DNA of 47,777 bases from Elusimicrobiota bacterium (GCA_043827405.1 JBDRPD010000029.1:1-47777); one strand, 5' to 3'; positions 37,619 to 46,879 are shown, counted from the stretch's first letter. A program made the numbers and translations. The notes: generated by a model from the letters alone, not told the origin.

Positions 37619-38211
37619 GCGAAACGGCCCCCAGGTGGGGATACGCTTTCGTAAACCGGATGTGCGAGCTTTTTTTGCGGATGCTGCGCGGTGCCGTCGA
37701 GTTTGAAGGTTTGGAGAACGTGCCGCGGACCGGCCGGTTGATTATCGGGGTCAATCATGTGTCTATGCTCGACCCCTTGCTGGCGGCCGTTGCGGTTTAC
37801 CGGGTGCGCTATCCCCGTTTTGTCGGCAAGGAAGAGCTGTTTCGGGTGCCGTTGCTTGGCAGATCGCTTGGCCATTTGGGCGCCATTCCGCTCAACCGGG
37901 GACGGGCGGACGTCGGGGCCATCCGTAAGGCGTTGGAGGTGCTTGACGGCGAGGGGTGTATGGTGTTGTTCCCCGAAGGGACGCGAGCGCGGCCGGGAAA
38001 GCCGGGACGGCCGAAGTCCGGGATTGGGCTGCTCGCTCGCGAATCGCGGGCGCCGGTGCTGCCGGCGAGAGTTTTTGATACGGTGCCGTTTTTTAGCCGG
38101 CGGCCTTTGCGCATTCGCTTCGGAGAGCCGATATGCTATACGGGGGGGGGCGGCCGCAGCGACGATATGCGTTTCGCCGGGAAGGTCATGGAGCAGATTT
38201 TTTATCTATAA
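37615..38211 (+). CDS. plsC: 1-acyl-sn-glycerol-3-phosphate acyltransferase
   Basis: NHVSMLD, FPEGTR. Confidence 0.9.
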   Translation: MSETAPRWGYAFVNRMCELFLRMLRGAVEFEGLENVPRTGRLIIGVNHVSMLDPLLAAVAVYRVRYPRFVGKEELFRVPLLGRSLGHLGAIPLNRGRADVGAIRKALEVLDGEGCMVLFPEGTRARPGKPGRPKSGIGLLARESRAPVLPARVFDTVPFFSRRPLRIRFGEPICYTGGGGRSDDMRFAGKVMEQIFYL

Positions 38212-38231
38212 TGTTGGCTGAGGAGCGCGAT

Positions 38232-39428
38232 ATGACAGCTGATGCGGAAGGGATTCAAGAATCGGCCGAGCAGACGATGGAAAGCCTGCTCGAAGAGCAG
38301 ACCCAGTTTTTTGACAAGCTGAAGAAGCGGGAGGTCGTCTGGGTCAAGGTGGTCCAGGTGCAGAAAGACCAAGTGCTTGTTGAGACCGGCGAGAAGAACG
38401 AGGGGGTGATCCCCGCTTCCGAATTTACCGAAGACGGACCGCCTAAAATCGGTCGCCGGGTCCCCGCCGTCCTGGTTAAGCTGGGCCGCGGCGATTTCCC
38501 GACCATGCTGTCGACGGTTAAGGCGAAGAGCGCCTTGGGTTGGGACCTGCTGGCCAAAGCGCATGAGGCGAAGGAGCGCGTGCGGGGCAAGGTCACATCG
38601 GCGGTCAAAGGCGGATTTCTCGTTGACGTGTCCGGGGTCGCCGGCTTTATGCCGATGTCGCTTGCCGATCTCCGGCCCGTGCGCAAACCGGACTCGCTGG
38701 TCGGGACCGGCGTACGCTGCTATATCCTGGAGCTGGATCGGGCGCGGCAACAGATGATTCTGTCCCGGCGCGCCGTGCTTGAAGAGGACGCCCAGAAGCG
38801 CCGCGGCAAGATTCTCGATGACCTCAAGCCCGGCAAGGTTCGAGTCGGCAGGATCAGCCGCGTGCATGAAAGCGGGCTGTTCGTGGATATCGGTGGGGTG
38901 GACGGATTGGTTCATGTCGCGGATGTCGCCTGGAAGGAACCGGAGGAAGCGACGAAGAAGTACGCACGCGGCCAGAAGATCCGCGTGCGCGTGATCTCCA
39001 TCGACACGGAAAACAGCAAGGTCAGCCTGGGGATCAAGCAGCTGTCACCGCACCCCGCGGACCTTCTGCGCAAGAAGTATCCCTTCAAGAAAGTCGTCCA
39101 GGGGACCGTTTCGGATGTGCTGAAGGACGGAGTAAGGATCAAGCTGCCGAAAGGGGATACGGCGTTTTGCCCGGTTCGAGAGCTGCAGGTCGAGGGCGGG
39201 GACCCAACTCAGACGCGTCCTGAGAGAGGGGAGAATCTCCCGCCGGTTTGGCCGAAAACGGGCGATAAAGTCGGCGCCTTGGTTACGGGCATTCACAATG
39301 CGACCTTCGAGGTGTCGGTGTCGATCCGGCGCTACGAGTCCGTTCAGGACCGCAAGCGTGTCGCCCTCTACATGAAGAAGCCTCCACCTCTCACTCTGGG
39401 GCAGCTGTTTAACCGAGAAGCAGAATAG
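38232..39428 (+). CDS. rpsA: Ribosomal protein S1-like, about 4 S1 domains
   Basis: EGVIPASEF, KGGFLVD..GFMPMS, GLFVDIGGVDGLVHV; cmk-plsC-rpsA synteny; SD AGGAG (alternative start 38211). Confidence 0.8.
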   Translation: MTADAEGIQESAEQTMESLLEEQTQFFDKLKKREVVWVKVVQVQKDQVLVETGEKNEGVIPASEFTEDGPPKIGRRVPAVLVKLGRGDFPTMLSTVKAKSALGWDLLAKAHEAKERVRGKVTSAVKGGFLVDVSGVAGFMPMSLADLRPVRKPDSLVGTGVRCYILELDRARQQMILSRRAVLEEDAQKRRGKILDDLKPGKVRVGRISRVHESGLFVDIGGVDGLVHVADVAWKEPEEATKKYARGQKIRVRVISIDTENSKVSLGIKQLSPHPADLLRKKYPFKKVVQGTVSDVLKDGVRIKLPKGDTAFCPVRELQVEGGDPTQTRPERGENLPPVWPKTGDKVGALVTGIHNATFEVSVSIRRYESVQDRKRVALYMKKPPPLTLGQLFNREAE

Positions 39429-39429
39429 A

Positions 39430-42270
39430 TTGAGACTCGCTTGTTCGGTCCTCAGTCTGCTGATTCTGTCGGGGGCTGGGCCCCGCGTAGTCCGCGCCCA
39501 GGACTTCGGGCATAATCCCGTCCGCGTCCGTCAGTTCGACTGGAAGGTCTCTTCGACCGAGCATTTCGATATCCACTACTACGAGGATTCCGCGCCGCTC
39601 GTCCCCTTCGCCGCCAAAATACTCGAACGCTCCTACCGGCGCATCAGTAAAGGGCTCAAGACGGAATTCACTGAACGCAAGCCGTTTTTTCTCTATGCGT
39701 GCGCGGATGATATGCAGCAGTCCAATATCGTCCAGGTGGGCGACGGAACCGGCGGCGTAACCGAGGCGTTCAAGGATCGCTTCATGGTGTTTAACGACGG
39801 CAGCCGGCAGTGGCTGGACACCGTCGCCACACACGAGCTCGCGCACGTATTCCAGTATCATGTCCTGATTTCCGGTTTCTGGCGGACGGGGCGGATACTG
39901 AAATCGATCGTCTACCCGTTGTGGATGATGGAGGGGATGGCCGAGCTGTATGCTTGGGGGCTCGATGATACCTCCGGCGAGATCATCGTGCGCGACGCCG
40001 CTACCTCCGGCGGACTGATTCCCGTTTGGAAGCTGGAGCATTTCAGCCATCTCAAGCCGCATCAAGTGCGTCTCGCGTATGAGTTGGGAGAGAAGATCCT
40101 GTCGTTTATTGAGACGGAGTACGGGCATGGCAAGGTCGCGCAGATGCTCAAGCTCTTTGAATCGCGTTTCGAGACGAGCAGCGTGCTGCAGGAGCTTATT
40201 GGCTTAGACACCTTCGAGTTTGAAAGACGCTGGCGCGAATATGCCGAAGAGCACTACGGACGGATCCGACGCCGGCAGCGGCTGCAGGAGCCGGACAAAT
40301 ACGGTGTGGCGCTGACGACCGCGAGCGGGGAGATCCCGGAATTTAATACTTCTCCCGTGTTTTCTCCCGACGGCCGCCATATGGCGTTTCTTTCCACGCG
40401 CGCGGGTTATCCCGCCGGAGTGTTTCTGCAGGACCTGCGCACGGGGAAGATTCGCAAGCTCGTTTCCAATCGGGTGAGCGTGGAAAATGTCCATACGGGA
40501 AATTTTACGAACCAGTCGAGGGTGCTCTCGATCTCGAAAGACGGACGTTGGCTGGCTTTCTCCGGGACCAAAAACCACCGTCCAGCGATTCAGCTCTATG
40601 ATTTGCGGCGCCATCGGCTTGAGCACATCCCCGTCAAGGATATGCAGACGGTCACGGGGACCTCGTTTTCGCCTGACGGCAGGACGATCGCGTTTACCGG
40701 GATGAAAAATGCGGTGACGGATATTTACCTTATGGACCTTGAGAGCCGGGAGATTCGGCAGCTAACGGATGACTCCCGGGACGATCAAACCCCGGATTTC
40801 TCCCCGGACGGCGAGTCGATCGTATACAGCGCGGAGCTTGAGACGCCGGGAGGGGATGTGCTGTACCAGCGCCGTCTGTACCGCATCCGTCTGGCCGACG
40901 GCAGCATCGCGCCGCTGCTGGATATCCCCGGTTCCGCGCGGGATCCCTATCATGCGGCGGACGGGCGCCGCCTGCTCTTTTCGCTCGAGCATAACGGCTT
41001 CCACGAAGTCTACGAACTGAACCTGGAAAGCCGTAAGACGTACCGGTTGACGCGGTCCGTGGGCGCGGCGTATACGCCCGCCTATTCGCCCGACGGACGG
41101 ATTGTGTTCGCGGGGTTTCGGCGCGGGAGCATCCACGTGTATCGCGGAGGACGGGAGCGATTCGAGGCTGAGTTGTGGAGCGACGATGCGCCGCAGCAGG
41201 AGGAGCGTTTCGCGCCGGTCCCGGTCTCGACGGCGGCCGTTTCCCTATCGCTCGGGCGTCCTTTTCGCGATTCTTTCTCCACGGATCTCTTTCTTCCGGC
41301 TTTCTTTTACTCTACCGAAGGGGGATTTTTCTGGGCGAGCTACTGGCAGGGTTCGGATATGCTCGGCAACCACCAGGTTTTATCGGCGCTTAGTTACGCG
41401 TCGGGCAGCGGCTACCTTGATTATCAGACGGTCTACAGCTACAACAAGTACCGGACCAAGTTCCGCGTTGGCGGCCTCGGCCGGGCGCGGCGCGACCTGT
41501 TGGACGAGCGTTCCGGACTGTCGAGCAACGAGTATGCGCATGCGGAGTTTGTGGGGGCAACGTACCCGCTTGACCGGTTTCATCGTCTGGATTTTTCAGC
41601 GACGTCCGTCAGCGACAGCCGGCTGTTTTTGGGCGTAGGCGACACTGTCCGCAATGAGGCGCGCATCGGTCAAGCATCGTTTGTGCGCGATACTGTCCGG
41701 GGGCGCTATTTGGTCGCGACTTCGGGCGATCGCTTCCGACTAAGCTATCAGGTCTCCCCCAGGCTTCTGGGCGGCAACTTTATCTATGAGACGGCGTCAG
41801 CGGAAGCGCATAAGTACGTGCCGACGGGGGGACGGAGCGCGTTGGTGCTCAGGGGACTCGGCGTCGGCAGCTGGGGACGCCGCACGCCCCGCTATGCCCT
41901 GGGCGGCATCGGAGGGGCGCGGGGTTTCGCGCGGAGCACGACCGAAAATTCGGGCTCTCATATGGCGTTGGCCACTGCCGAATGGCGCGTCCCCATCGTT
42001 AATCTCGATTATTACATGTGGTATATTTTCCCGGATTTTTACTTCAAAGCGCTCTCCTTGGCGCTGTTTACGGACGCCGGATATGCCTGGGACGAGCGGC
42101 CGCAAATCGGACGCATGGAGTGGGAGTATGTTCGTCACTCCTATGGGATCGGTCTTCGCATACACACCTTCATCATGCAGCTTTTCCCGTTGGTGGTGCA
42201 TTTCGACTATGCGCAAAAGACTACCGACAAGGGCCGCGTCTTTTATGTCTACTTGGGGCCGCTGTTTTGA
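39430..42270 (+). CDS. Omp85-family protein with an N-terminal zinc-peptidase (MA-like) domain and a PD40/TolB-like propeller
   Basis: Signal peptide; HELAH + WMMEGMAE; repeated FSPDG; LGGIGGARGF, EWRVP, C-terminal Phe. Confidence 0.82.
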   Translation: MRLACSVLSLLILSGAGPRVVRAQDFGHNPVRVRQFDWKVSSTEHFDIHYYEDSAPLVPFAAKILERSYRRISKGLKTEFTERKPFFLYACADDMQQSNIVQVGDGTGGVTEAFKDRFMVFNDGSRQWLDTVATHELAHVFQYHVLISGFWRTGRILKSIVYPLWMMEGMAELYAWGLDDTSGEIIVRDAATSGGLIPVWKLEHFSHLKPHQVRLAYELGEKILSFIETEYGHGKVAQMLKLFESRFETSSVLQELIGLDTFEFERRWREYAEEHYGRIRRRQRLQEPDKYGVALTTASGEIPEFNTSPVFSPDGRHMAFLSTRAGYPAGVFLQDLRTGKIRKLVSNRVSVENVHTGNFTNQSRVLSISKDGRWLAFSGTKNHRPAIQLYDLRRHRLEHIPVKDMQTVTGTSFSPDGRTIAFTGMKNAVTDIYLMDLESREIRQLTDDSRDDQTPDFSPDGESIVYSAELETPGGDVLYQRRLYRIRLADGSIAPLLDIPGSARDPYHAADGRRLLFSLEHNGFHEVYELNLESRKTYRLTRSVGAAYTPAYSPDGRIVFAGFRRGSIHVYRGGRERFEAELWSDDAPQQEERFAPVPVSTAAVSLSLGRPFRDSFSTDLFLPAFFYSTEGGFFWASYWQGSDMLGNHQVLSALSYASGSGYLDYQTVYSYNKYRTKFRVGGLGRARRDLLDERSGLSSNEYAHAEFVGATYPLDRFHRLDFSATSVSDSRLFLGVGDTVRNEARIGQASFVRDTVRGRYLVATSGDRFRLSYQVSPRLLGGNFIYETASAEAHKYVPTGGRSALVLRGLGVGSWGRRTPRYALGGIGGARGFARSTTENSGSHMALATAEWRVPIVNLDYYMWYIFPDFYFKALSLALFTDAGYAWDERPQIGRMEWEYVRHSYGIGLRIHTFIMQLFPLVVHFDYAQKTTDKGRVFYVYLGPLF

Positions 42271-42284
42271 GTAGAATCTCCGCC

Positions 42285-43529
42285 ATGCCGCGGGATTTTG
42301 GCTACCGTAAGGGGCGCCTCTGCGTTGAAAACGTGCCGGTGGAGCGTATTGCGCGGCGTTTGGGTACTCCGGTCTATATATACTCCGCCAAAGGCATCCA
42401 GGATCGCTATCGTGAGTATAGGACAGCTTTTTCCGGCAGCAGCGCCTTGATCTGTTATGCCCTGAAGGCCAATTCCAATCTCGCCATATGCCGTCTTTTG
42501 GCAGGCGAGGGGGCGGGGGCGGATGTCGTATCCGGCGGCGAGCTGCTGCGCGGCCTGCGCGCGGGATTCCGGGCGGGAGATATCGTCTTTTCCGGCGTGG
42601 GCAAAACCATAGACGAGCTGGATCTGGCGCTGCGGCATGGAGTGCGTGCGATTAACGTGGAAAGCGCTGAGGAGTTGGAGGTATTGGCGAAGCTGGCACG
42701 CCGCCGGCGGCGGCGGGCCCCGATCGCCATTCGCATCAATCCGGACGTTGATGCCGCCACGCATGCGCATATCTCAACCGGACGGGCACGCGACAAATTC
42801 GGGGTGGGATCTGCGGCGGCGCTCGAACTGTATCGCCGCGCAGCGGCGGATAAATGGCTGGAGCCTGCAGGTATTCATTGTCATATCGGTTCGCAGATCA
42901 CCCGTCTCGGGCCGTACCGTCGCGCGCTGCGGATTATCGCGCGGCTGCTGCGGCGTCTGCAAACGGCCGGGGTGCGTCTCCGGCACATCGATATCGGCGG
43001 CGGAATGGGGATCGCTTACGGGAAGGGGGCGCCGCTGTCGCCTCGATCTCTGGCGGAGCTGGTGAATCGAGAGCTGCTGGATTTTCGCGATATGAGCTTG
43101 ATACTGGAACCGGGGCGCAGTCTTGTGGGAGAGGCGGGATTGCTGGCGACAAAGGTGCTTTACCGCAAGGCGAGGGGGCGGCGGAATTTCGTTATTGTGG
43201 ATGCCGGCATGACGGACCTCTTGCGGCCGGCACTATACGGCGCCAGGCATGAGATCGTTCCCGTCACGTTGAGTCGACGTCAACCAACAAGGGTCGACAT
43301 CGTGGGCCCAGTTTGCGAGTCCACGGATGTGTTCGCGCGGGGACGGAAGCTACCGCTGCCCGCCGCGGGCGATGTGCTGGCGGTGCTGCAGGCCGGCGCT
43401 TACGGCTTCAGCATGAGCTCGCAGTACAATTCCCGGCCCCGGGCGGCGGAAGTTCTCGTCTCCGGCTCGCGCAGCCGGATCGTGAGGCGCCGGGAGACCC
43501 CGGCGGACCTGATGCGCCATGAGCTCTGA
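42285..43529 (+). CDS. lysA: Diaminopimelate decarboxylase
   Basis: GTPVYIY, YALKAN, DVVSGGEL, HCHIGSQ, EPGRSLV, GPVCES, GAYG..YNSR. Confidence 0.96.
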   Translation: MPRDFGYRKGRLCVENVPVERIARRLGTPVYIYSAKGIQDRYREYRTAFSGSSALICYALKANSNLAICRLLAGEGAGADVVSGGELLRGLRAGFRAGDIVFSGVGKTIDELDLALRHGVRAINVESAEELEVLAKLARRRRRRAPIAIRINPDVDAATHAHISTGRARDKFGVGSAAALELYRRAAADKWLEPAGIHCHIGSQITRLGPYRRALRIIARLLRRLQTAGVRLRHIDIGGGMGIAYGKGAPLSPRSLAELVNRELLDFRDMSLILEPGRSLVGEAGLLATKVLYRKARGRRNFVIVDAGMTDLLRPALYGARHEIVPVTLSRRQPTRVDIVGPVCESTDVFARGRKLPLPAAGDVLAVLQAGAYGFSMSSQYNSRPRAAEVLVSGSRSRIVRRRETPADLMRHEL

Positions 43530-44349
43530 GCGCCCGGTATCCTCCGAAGAATATACCGACACCTATTACGCAGAGGCTTGCGGCGGGGCGGAGTTTTTTG
43601 CGCTCTACGGTCCTCGCGTCCCCAAGCCGCAACTGGCATACGCGCTGAAAAGAGCCGCTATTCGGCCGGGCATGCGAGTGCTCGATATCGGGTGCGGGAG
43701 GGGGGAAGTTCTCTACCAGGCGCGCGAGGGTGGGGCGCAGGCTATCGGTACGGATTATTCGCAAGCGGCGCTGAAGCTGGCGCGGGATGTATCCTTGGCC
43801 CCCGTTTTGCGCTGTGACGCAAAAGCCCTGCCGTTTCGCGACGGGACATTCGACCGGATATTCTTCGTCGGGATCATCGACCATTTGCACGACTGGGAAC
43901 TGGAGAAAAGCTTCGCCGAGATGCGTCGCGTTATGCGCCCTGGGGGAAGTGTCCTTGTGCATACATGTACGAATAGGCATTACTACAAGACGCTGAGTTA
44001 CGGCATCAGAAGAGCGCTGGCGCGCATGGCTCGGAGGTTTGGTTTGCCGGTGCGGGAACCGTCGCGGCCCCGTTCCAGCGAGGACGAGAAGCTGCATGTC
44101 AACGAGCATGCGAAGGGCGACCTGGAACGCTTCTTCGCGCGAATCGGATGGGAGTACGACATCGTAGCGCTCCCTAACTACAAATTTCTCATCGGAAGCC
44201 TGTATGGAAGCAAGCTCCCTGATAAATTCCCCATGAAAGCGGCCCCTCGTTGGAAGAAGCTGTTGTTTATGGGAACGTTGTTTATGCCGCCGCTTGACCG
44301 CCTTCTCGCGAGAGAGTTCTTCGTCGAGGCGCGTCCCCGTAATCTTTGA
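43519..44349 (+). CDS. Class I SAM-dependent methyltransferase
   Basis: VLDIGCGRG, DAKALPFRDGTFD, RVMRPGG. Confidence 0.9.
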   Translation: MSSERPVSSEEYTDTYYAEACGGAEFFALYGPRVPKPQLAYALKRAAIRPGMRVLDIGCGRGEVLYQAREGGAQAIGTDYSQAALKLARDVSLAPVLRCDAKALPFRDGTFDRIFFVGIIDHLHDWELEKSFAEMRRVMRPGGSVLVHTCTNRHYYKTLSYGIRRALARMARRFGLPVREPSRPRSSEDEKLHVNEHAKGDLERFFARIGWEYDIVALPNYKFLIGSLYGSKLPDKFPMKAAPRWKKLLFMGTLFMPPLDRLLAREFFVEARPRNL

Positions 44350-44375
44350 CAAAGAAGGGGCGCGTGTTATAACCT
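44346..44375 (+). promoter_or_regulatory. Sigma70-like promoter, probably leaderless
   Basis: TTGACA 44346-51, TG-TATAAC/TAACCT 44368-75, ATG at 44382 with no SD. Confidence 0.6.
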
Positions 44376-44381
44376 TCTGCC

Positions 44382-44723
44382 ATGGGAAAGAAAAGAAAAA
44401 AGAAAAGGGACCGGGAAGCAAGAAAGCAGCAAGAGGTCGAGAAAACTCCCAATAATGACGAATCTGCCGTCGGAGATGAGAAAGAAGCGATATCCTCCGC
44501 CGGAAGGAAGACCATCGTCGGAGGGGTCGCGCTTTTGATCGCAGGCTTTATTATTTTGACCTTTACCGATCCTCAGGGCAGGAACTGGGCCTCCACTCTC
44601 TCGCCGCTGCTAATTCTGGGTGCCTACGGCGTTATCGCCTATGGTATATTCCTGCCGGGCAAAGAGCCCTCGTCGGTCCCCGACGAGAAAGAGACCAAGA
44701 AAGAAGCCCCCGAATCTTCCTAA
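44382..44723 (+). CDS. Small two-TM membrane protein (DUF3098-like)
   Basis: Two hydrophobic helices (GVALLIAGFIILT; LSPLLILGAYGVIAYGI) and charged tails. Confidence 0.7.
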   Translation: MGKKRKKKRDREARKQQEVEKTPNNDESAVGDEKEAISSAGRKTIVGGVALLIAGFIILTFTDPQGRNWASTLSPLLILGAYGVIAYGIFLPGKEPSSVPDEKETKKEAPESS

Positions 44724-44822
44724 ACCGCTCTATCTCCCTCCTTCCGTCGATCAGCGCAGCGTAGAGCTTCTACGCCTATCGCGAGAGAGACCAAGAAAGA
44801 AGCCCCCGAATCTTCCTAAACC
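44690..44822 (+). repeat. Perfect 37-bp direct repeat duplicating a gene 3' end (44690-44726 / 44786-44822)
   Basis: AGAGACCAAGAAAGAAGCCCCCGAATCTTCCTAAACC twice, 59-nt spacer. Confidence 0.92.
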
Positions 44823-44993
44823 TTCCTGTATCTCTCCATTTGCCTATTCACGTAATACAGCTCTTCTATTCGCTTTTCAGCATAAGCCAGGGGACGTGAG
44901 TTCGGGCGGATGAAATTAAATGCATGGTTTTTCACTGAATGATGATTTTCCATCAGATCCGTGCCGGCCCTGGACCATGGCTTTTCGTATTAC

Positions 44994-45584
44994 GTTTTCC
45001 AGGTATCCAGGTACCTTGGAATCGCTCCAGCAAATGCCCTAGGTTCGAGATGGGGCTTTTCCGTCTTTAAGGGGGGGACAATGAAGGCGGAGCTTGATGA
45101 AATGTTTTAAACCCTCTCATTTCCTCCAATCGCAAAAAGCAGGCATGCGGATGACCATGAAGGGGTTTGATTTCCTTACATGGTTTTTTCAGTTTCTTGG
45201 TCTTTTGTCGATACACACCTTTTTGCTCTTCTTGGTCTTTCCCGCTGTTTTGCGACCTGGCCCCCCTTTGGACGATTATGTCTCTTTGTCCCTTTTTCCG
45301 GTCTGATATTCGCCCGGGATTCCGGGAGATTTTCGCTGGACCTTTGATGGTCTTTTTGTGGGCCACGGATCGGATGGAATGCCCCGGATGGTTCGAGCTG
45401 CCGCTTTGGTGGTTTTTCCCCAGAATCGGCCCAAATTGGTCGTCTCCCAAGCGCAAATACCCATGGGTAGGAGGGTCCCTTTTTATGGTGTTTTTAATGG
45501 GGTGTGATCTAAAGGATGGCACCTGGGATAGGATCAAAATAGGCCAATTTCCATCCGGTTTTTCAGGTATCTGGATACCTTGGA
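44994..45584 (+). repeat. Pair of 27-bp quasi-palindromic direct repeats (44994-45020, 45558-45584)
   Basis: GTTTTCCAGGTATCCAGGTACCTTGGA vs GTTTTTCAGGTATCTGGATACCTTGGA, 23/27 identical. Confidence 0.65.
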
Positions 45585-45836
45585 TTTGATGGTTTTTTTG
45601 ACCCTGATTTTACAAGCTGCGGCCCCCGGGATCTCCCGACCATTCCAGATGCGTAGAAATCACTAAAAATTCATTTACATAATTTTCCCGGAGATTTTGT
45701 ATCTTCCGAGAGTGCTAAGAATGAAAATCTAATACAACGTGTTAGGTATTGACAAATTATGCATATATAATAAGAATTAATTTATATTTACTGAGGCAGA
45801 TTGTAGGTTAGTGCTGCCCATGCCAAGCTGGTTAAT

Positions 45837-45864
45837 ACGTAACATAATATATATTATCGTAAGC
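45837..45864 (-). other. dif-like XerC/XerD recombination site
   Basis: Minus strand GCTTACGATAA-TATATA-TTATGTTACGT: 11-6-11 layout, XerD arm TTATGTTA, ATAA/TTAT inner symmetry; lies in non-coding low-GC DNA. Confidence 0.82.
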
Positions 45865-46183
45865 TACGGATATGCCCCCCCTGGCATCTCGACGGTGATC
45901 CCGTCGGTGGAGTTTGGGCGGCGCGGCGTGCTGCGAGGCTGAGCGTATTCGCGCGTTCCTTGTGGGATTCGTCTTTTCAGGCTCGCGTGTTTCAGGGCGC
46001 TGTCGTGGGGTTTGCGCGGGGGGTTGGGTGGGCGCCTTTAGGCGTGGATCTGTCCGGCTTGCGCCGTGGAGTATTGGGCGCCTAGGCGGGGGGGCGGTTC
46101 CTAGGGGCGGTGATTATCGCTGGATGGGGACCTCGCCTCATCTTTCCCCCGCCTCACCTCCCCGGCTGGACGCGGTCTGCGGA

Positions 46184-46696
46184 TTAGTCGGAGGGGCGGA
46201 TCATGCGGGCCAACTGCAGGGCCAGGTTGAACGCCTTGGCCAGCCCCGGGCCTGAGAGCTCGTAGCGGCGTGCCCGGCGGCTTCCTGAGGCCAGGATATC
46301 GCCGCGTGATACCGAGGCTTGGATGGCGCGATCCACGCGCTGAATCGGGTATCCTGAGGCGCGAAGCCATTTGGCTAGTTGGGCAGCGGTGGGTTTGGGC
46401 GTCCGCAGCAAGGCTCTTGAGGCGGCGATTAGAACGAGGCAGGCCTCTTTGTCTCCCCCGCCCCCCCCCAGTTTTGCCCGCAGCTGAATATCGTTCTTGC
46501 CTCGGGTTTCAATAATCTCGTCCCAAGAGGGTTCGGCGCTTCCGCCGGCGGCCGCGACTGCTCCGCCGGATTTCGCCGCGAGTATGGAGGTAAATTCGCG
46601 GCGCTCGCCGGCAATGAACTCCGGCGTTCCCTCGGCTTCCATTTCGGCGCCGCTTGGGAGTTTTAGCCGCAGTTTATGCGAGCCGGAATTTGTCAT
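46184..46696 (-). CDS. Hypothetical protein with a C-terminal winged-helix-like domain
   Basis: PTAAQLAKWL...RVDRAIQASVSRGDI....RRYELSGPG pattern; has its own promoter. Confidence 0.7.
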   Translation of the reverse strand: MTNSGSHKLRLKLPSGAEMEAEGTPEFIAGERREFTSILAAKSGGAVAAAGGSAEPSWDEIIETRGKNDIQLRAKLGGGGGDKEACLVLIAASRALLRTPKPTAAQLAKWLRASGYPIQRVDRAIQASVSRGDILASGSRRARRYELSGPGLAKAFNLALQLARMIRPSD

Positions 46697-46702
46697 GGCT
46701 CT

Positions 46703-46731
46703 AGTATGACACTAATAATTATAAAAGTCAA
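46703..46731 (-). promoter_or_regulatory. Sigma70-like leaderless promoter of the wHTH gene
   Basis: Minus strand TTGACT - 17 nt - (TG)CATACT - 6 nt - ATG. Confidence 0.65.
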
Positions 46732-46858
46732 TTATGAGTGATAACCTGTTAATAGTCCATTAATTGCCAGTAGCGCCTATATATATGGCGTGTTTATGTC
46801 ATAAACAGTGGCAATAAAAAATATTAAAGACATTAAAGTCATGTTTAAGTTGCTAGCA

Positions 46859-46879
46859 TGTGGATAGGGGTGTGGATAA
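46859..46879 (-). promoter_or_regulatory. Tandem DnaA boxes next to an AT-rich tract
   Basis: Minus strand TTATCCACA-CCC-CTATCCACA (9/9 and 8/9 to consensus); a 7/9 box at 46899-46907; AT-rich DNA at about 46700-46858. Confidence 0.7.

Noticed and set aside
16210..42284. ORF-track N-terminal extensions (17226, 22911, 27723, 30432, 29518, 38133, 42018)
   Set aside because: They overlap neighbouring genes or promoters; downstream starts fit SD/-10 signals and family N-termini.
44690..44822. Two 37-bp repeats as a mini-CRISPR array
   Set aside because: Only two copies, a 59-nt spacer, the first copy is coding sequence, the repeat is not palindromic, and there are no cas genes.
45067..45589. 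ORFs 45067-45537(-), 45094-45306(+) and 45167-45589(+)
   Set aside because: Low-complexity translations that follow the T/A strand bias; no recognisable domain.
45749..45771. TTGACA...TATAAT as a sigma70 promoter
   Set aside because: The spacer is only 11 nt and there is no downstream gene.
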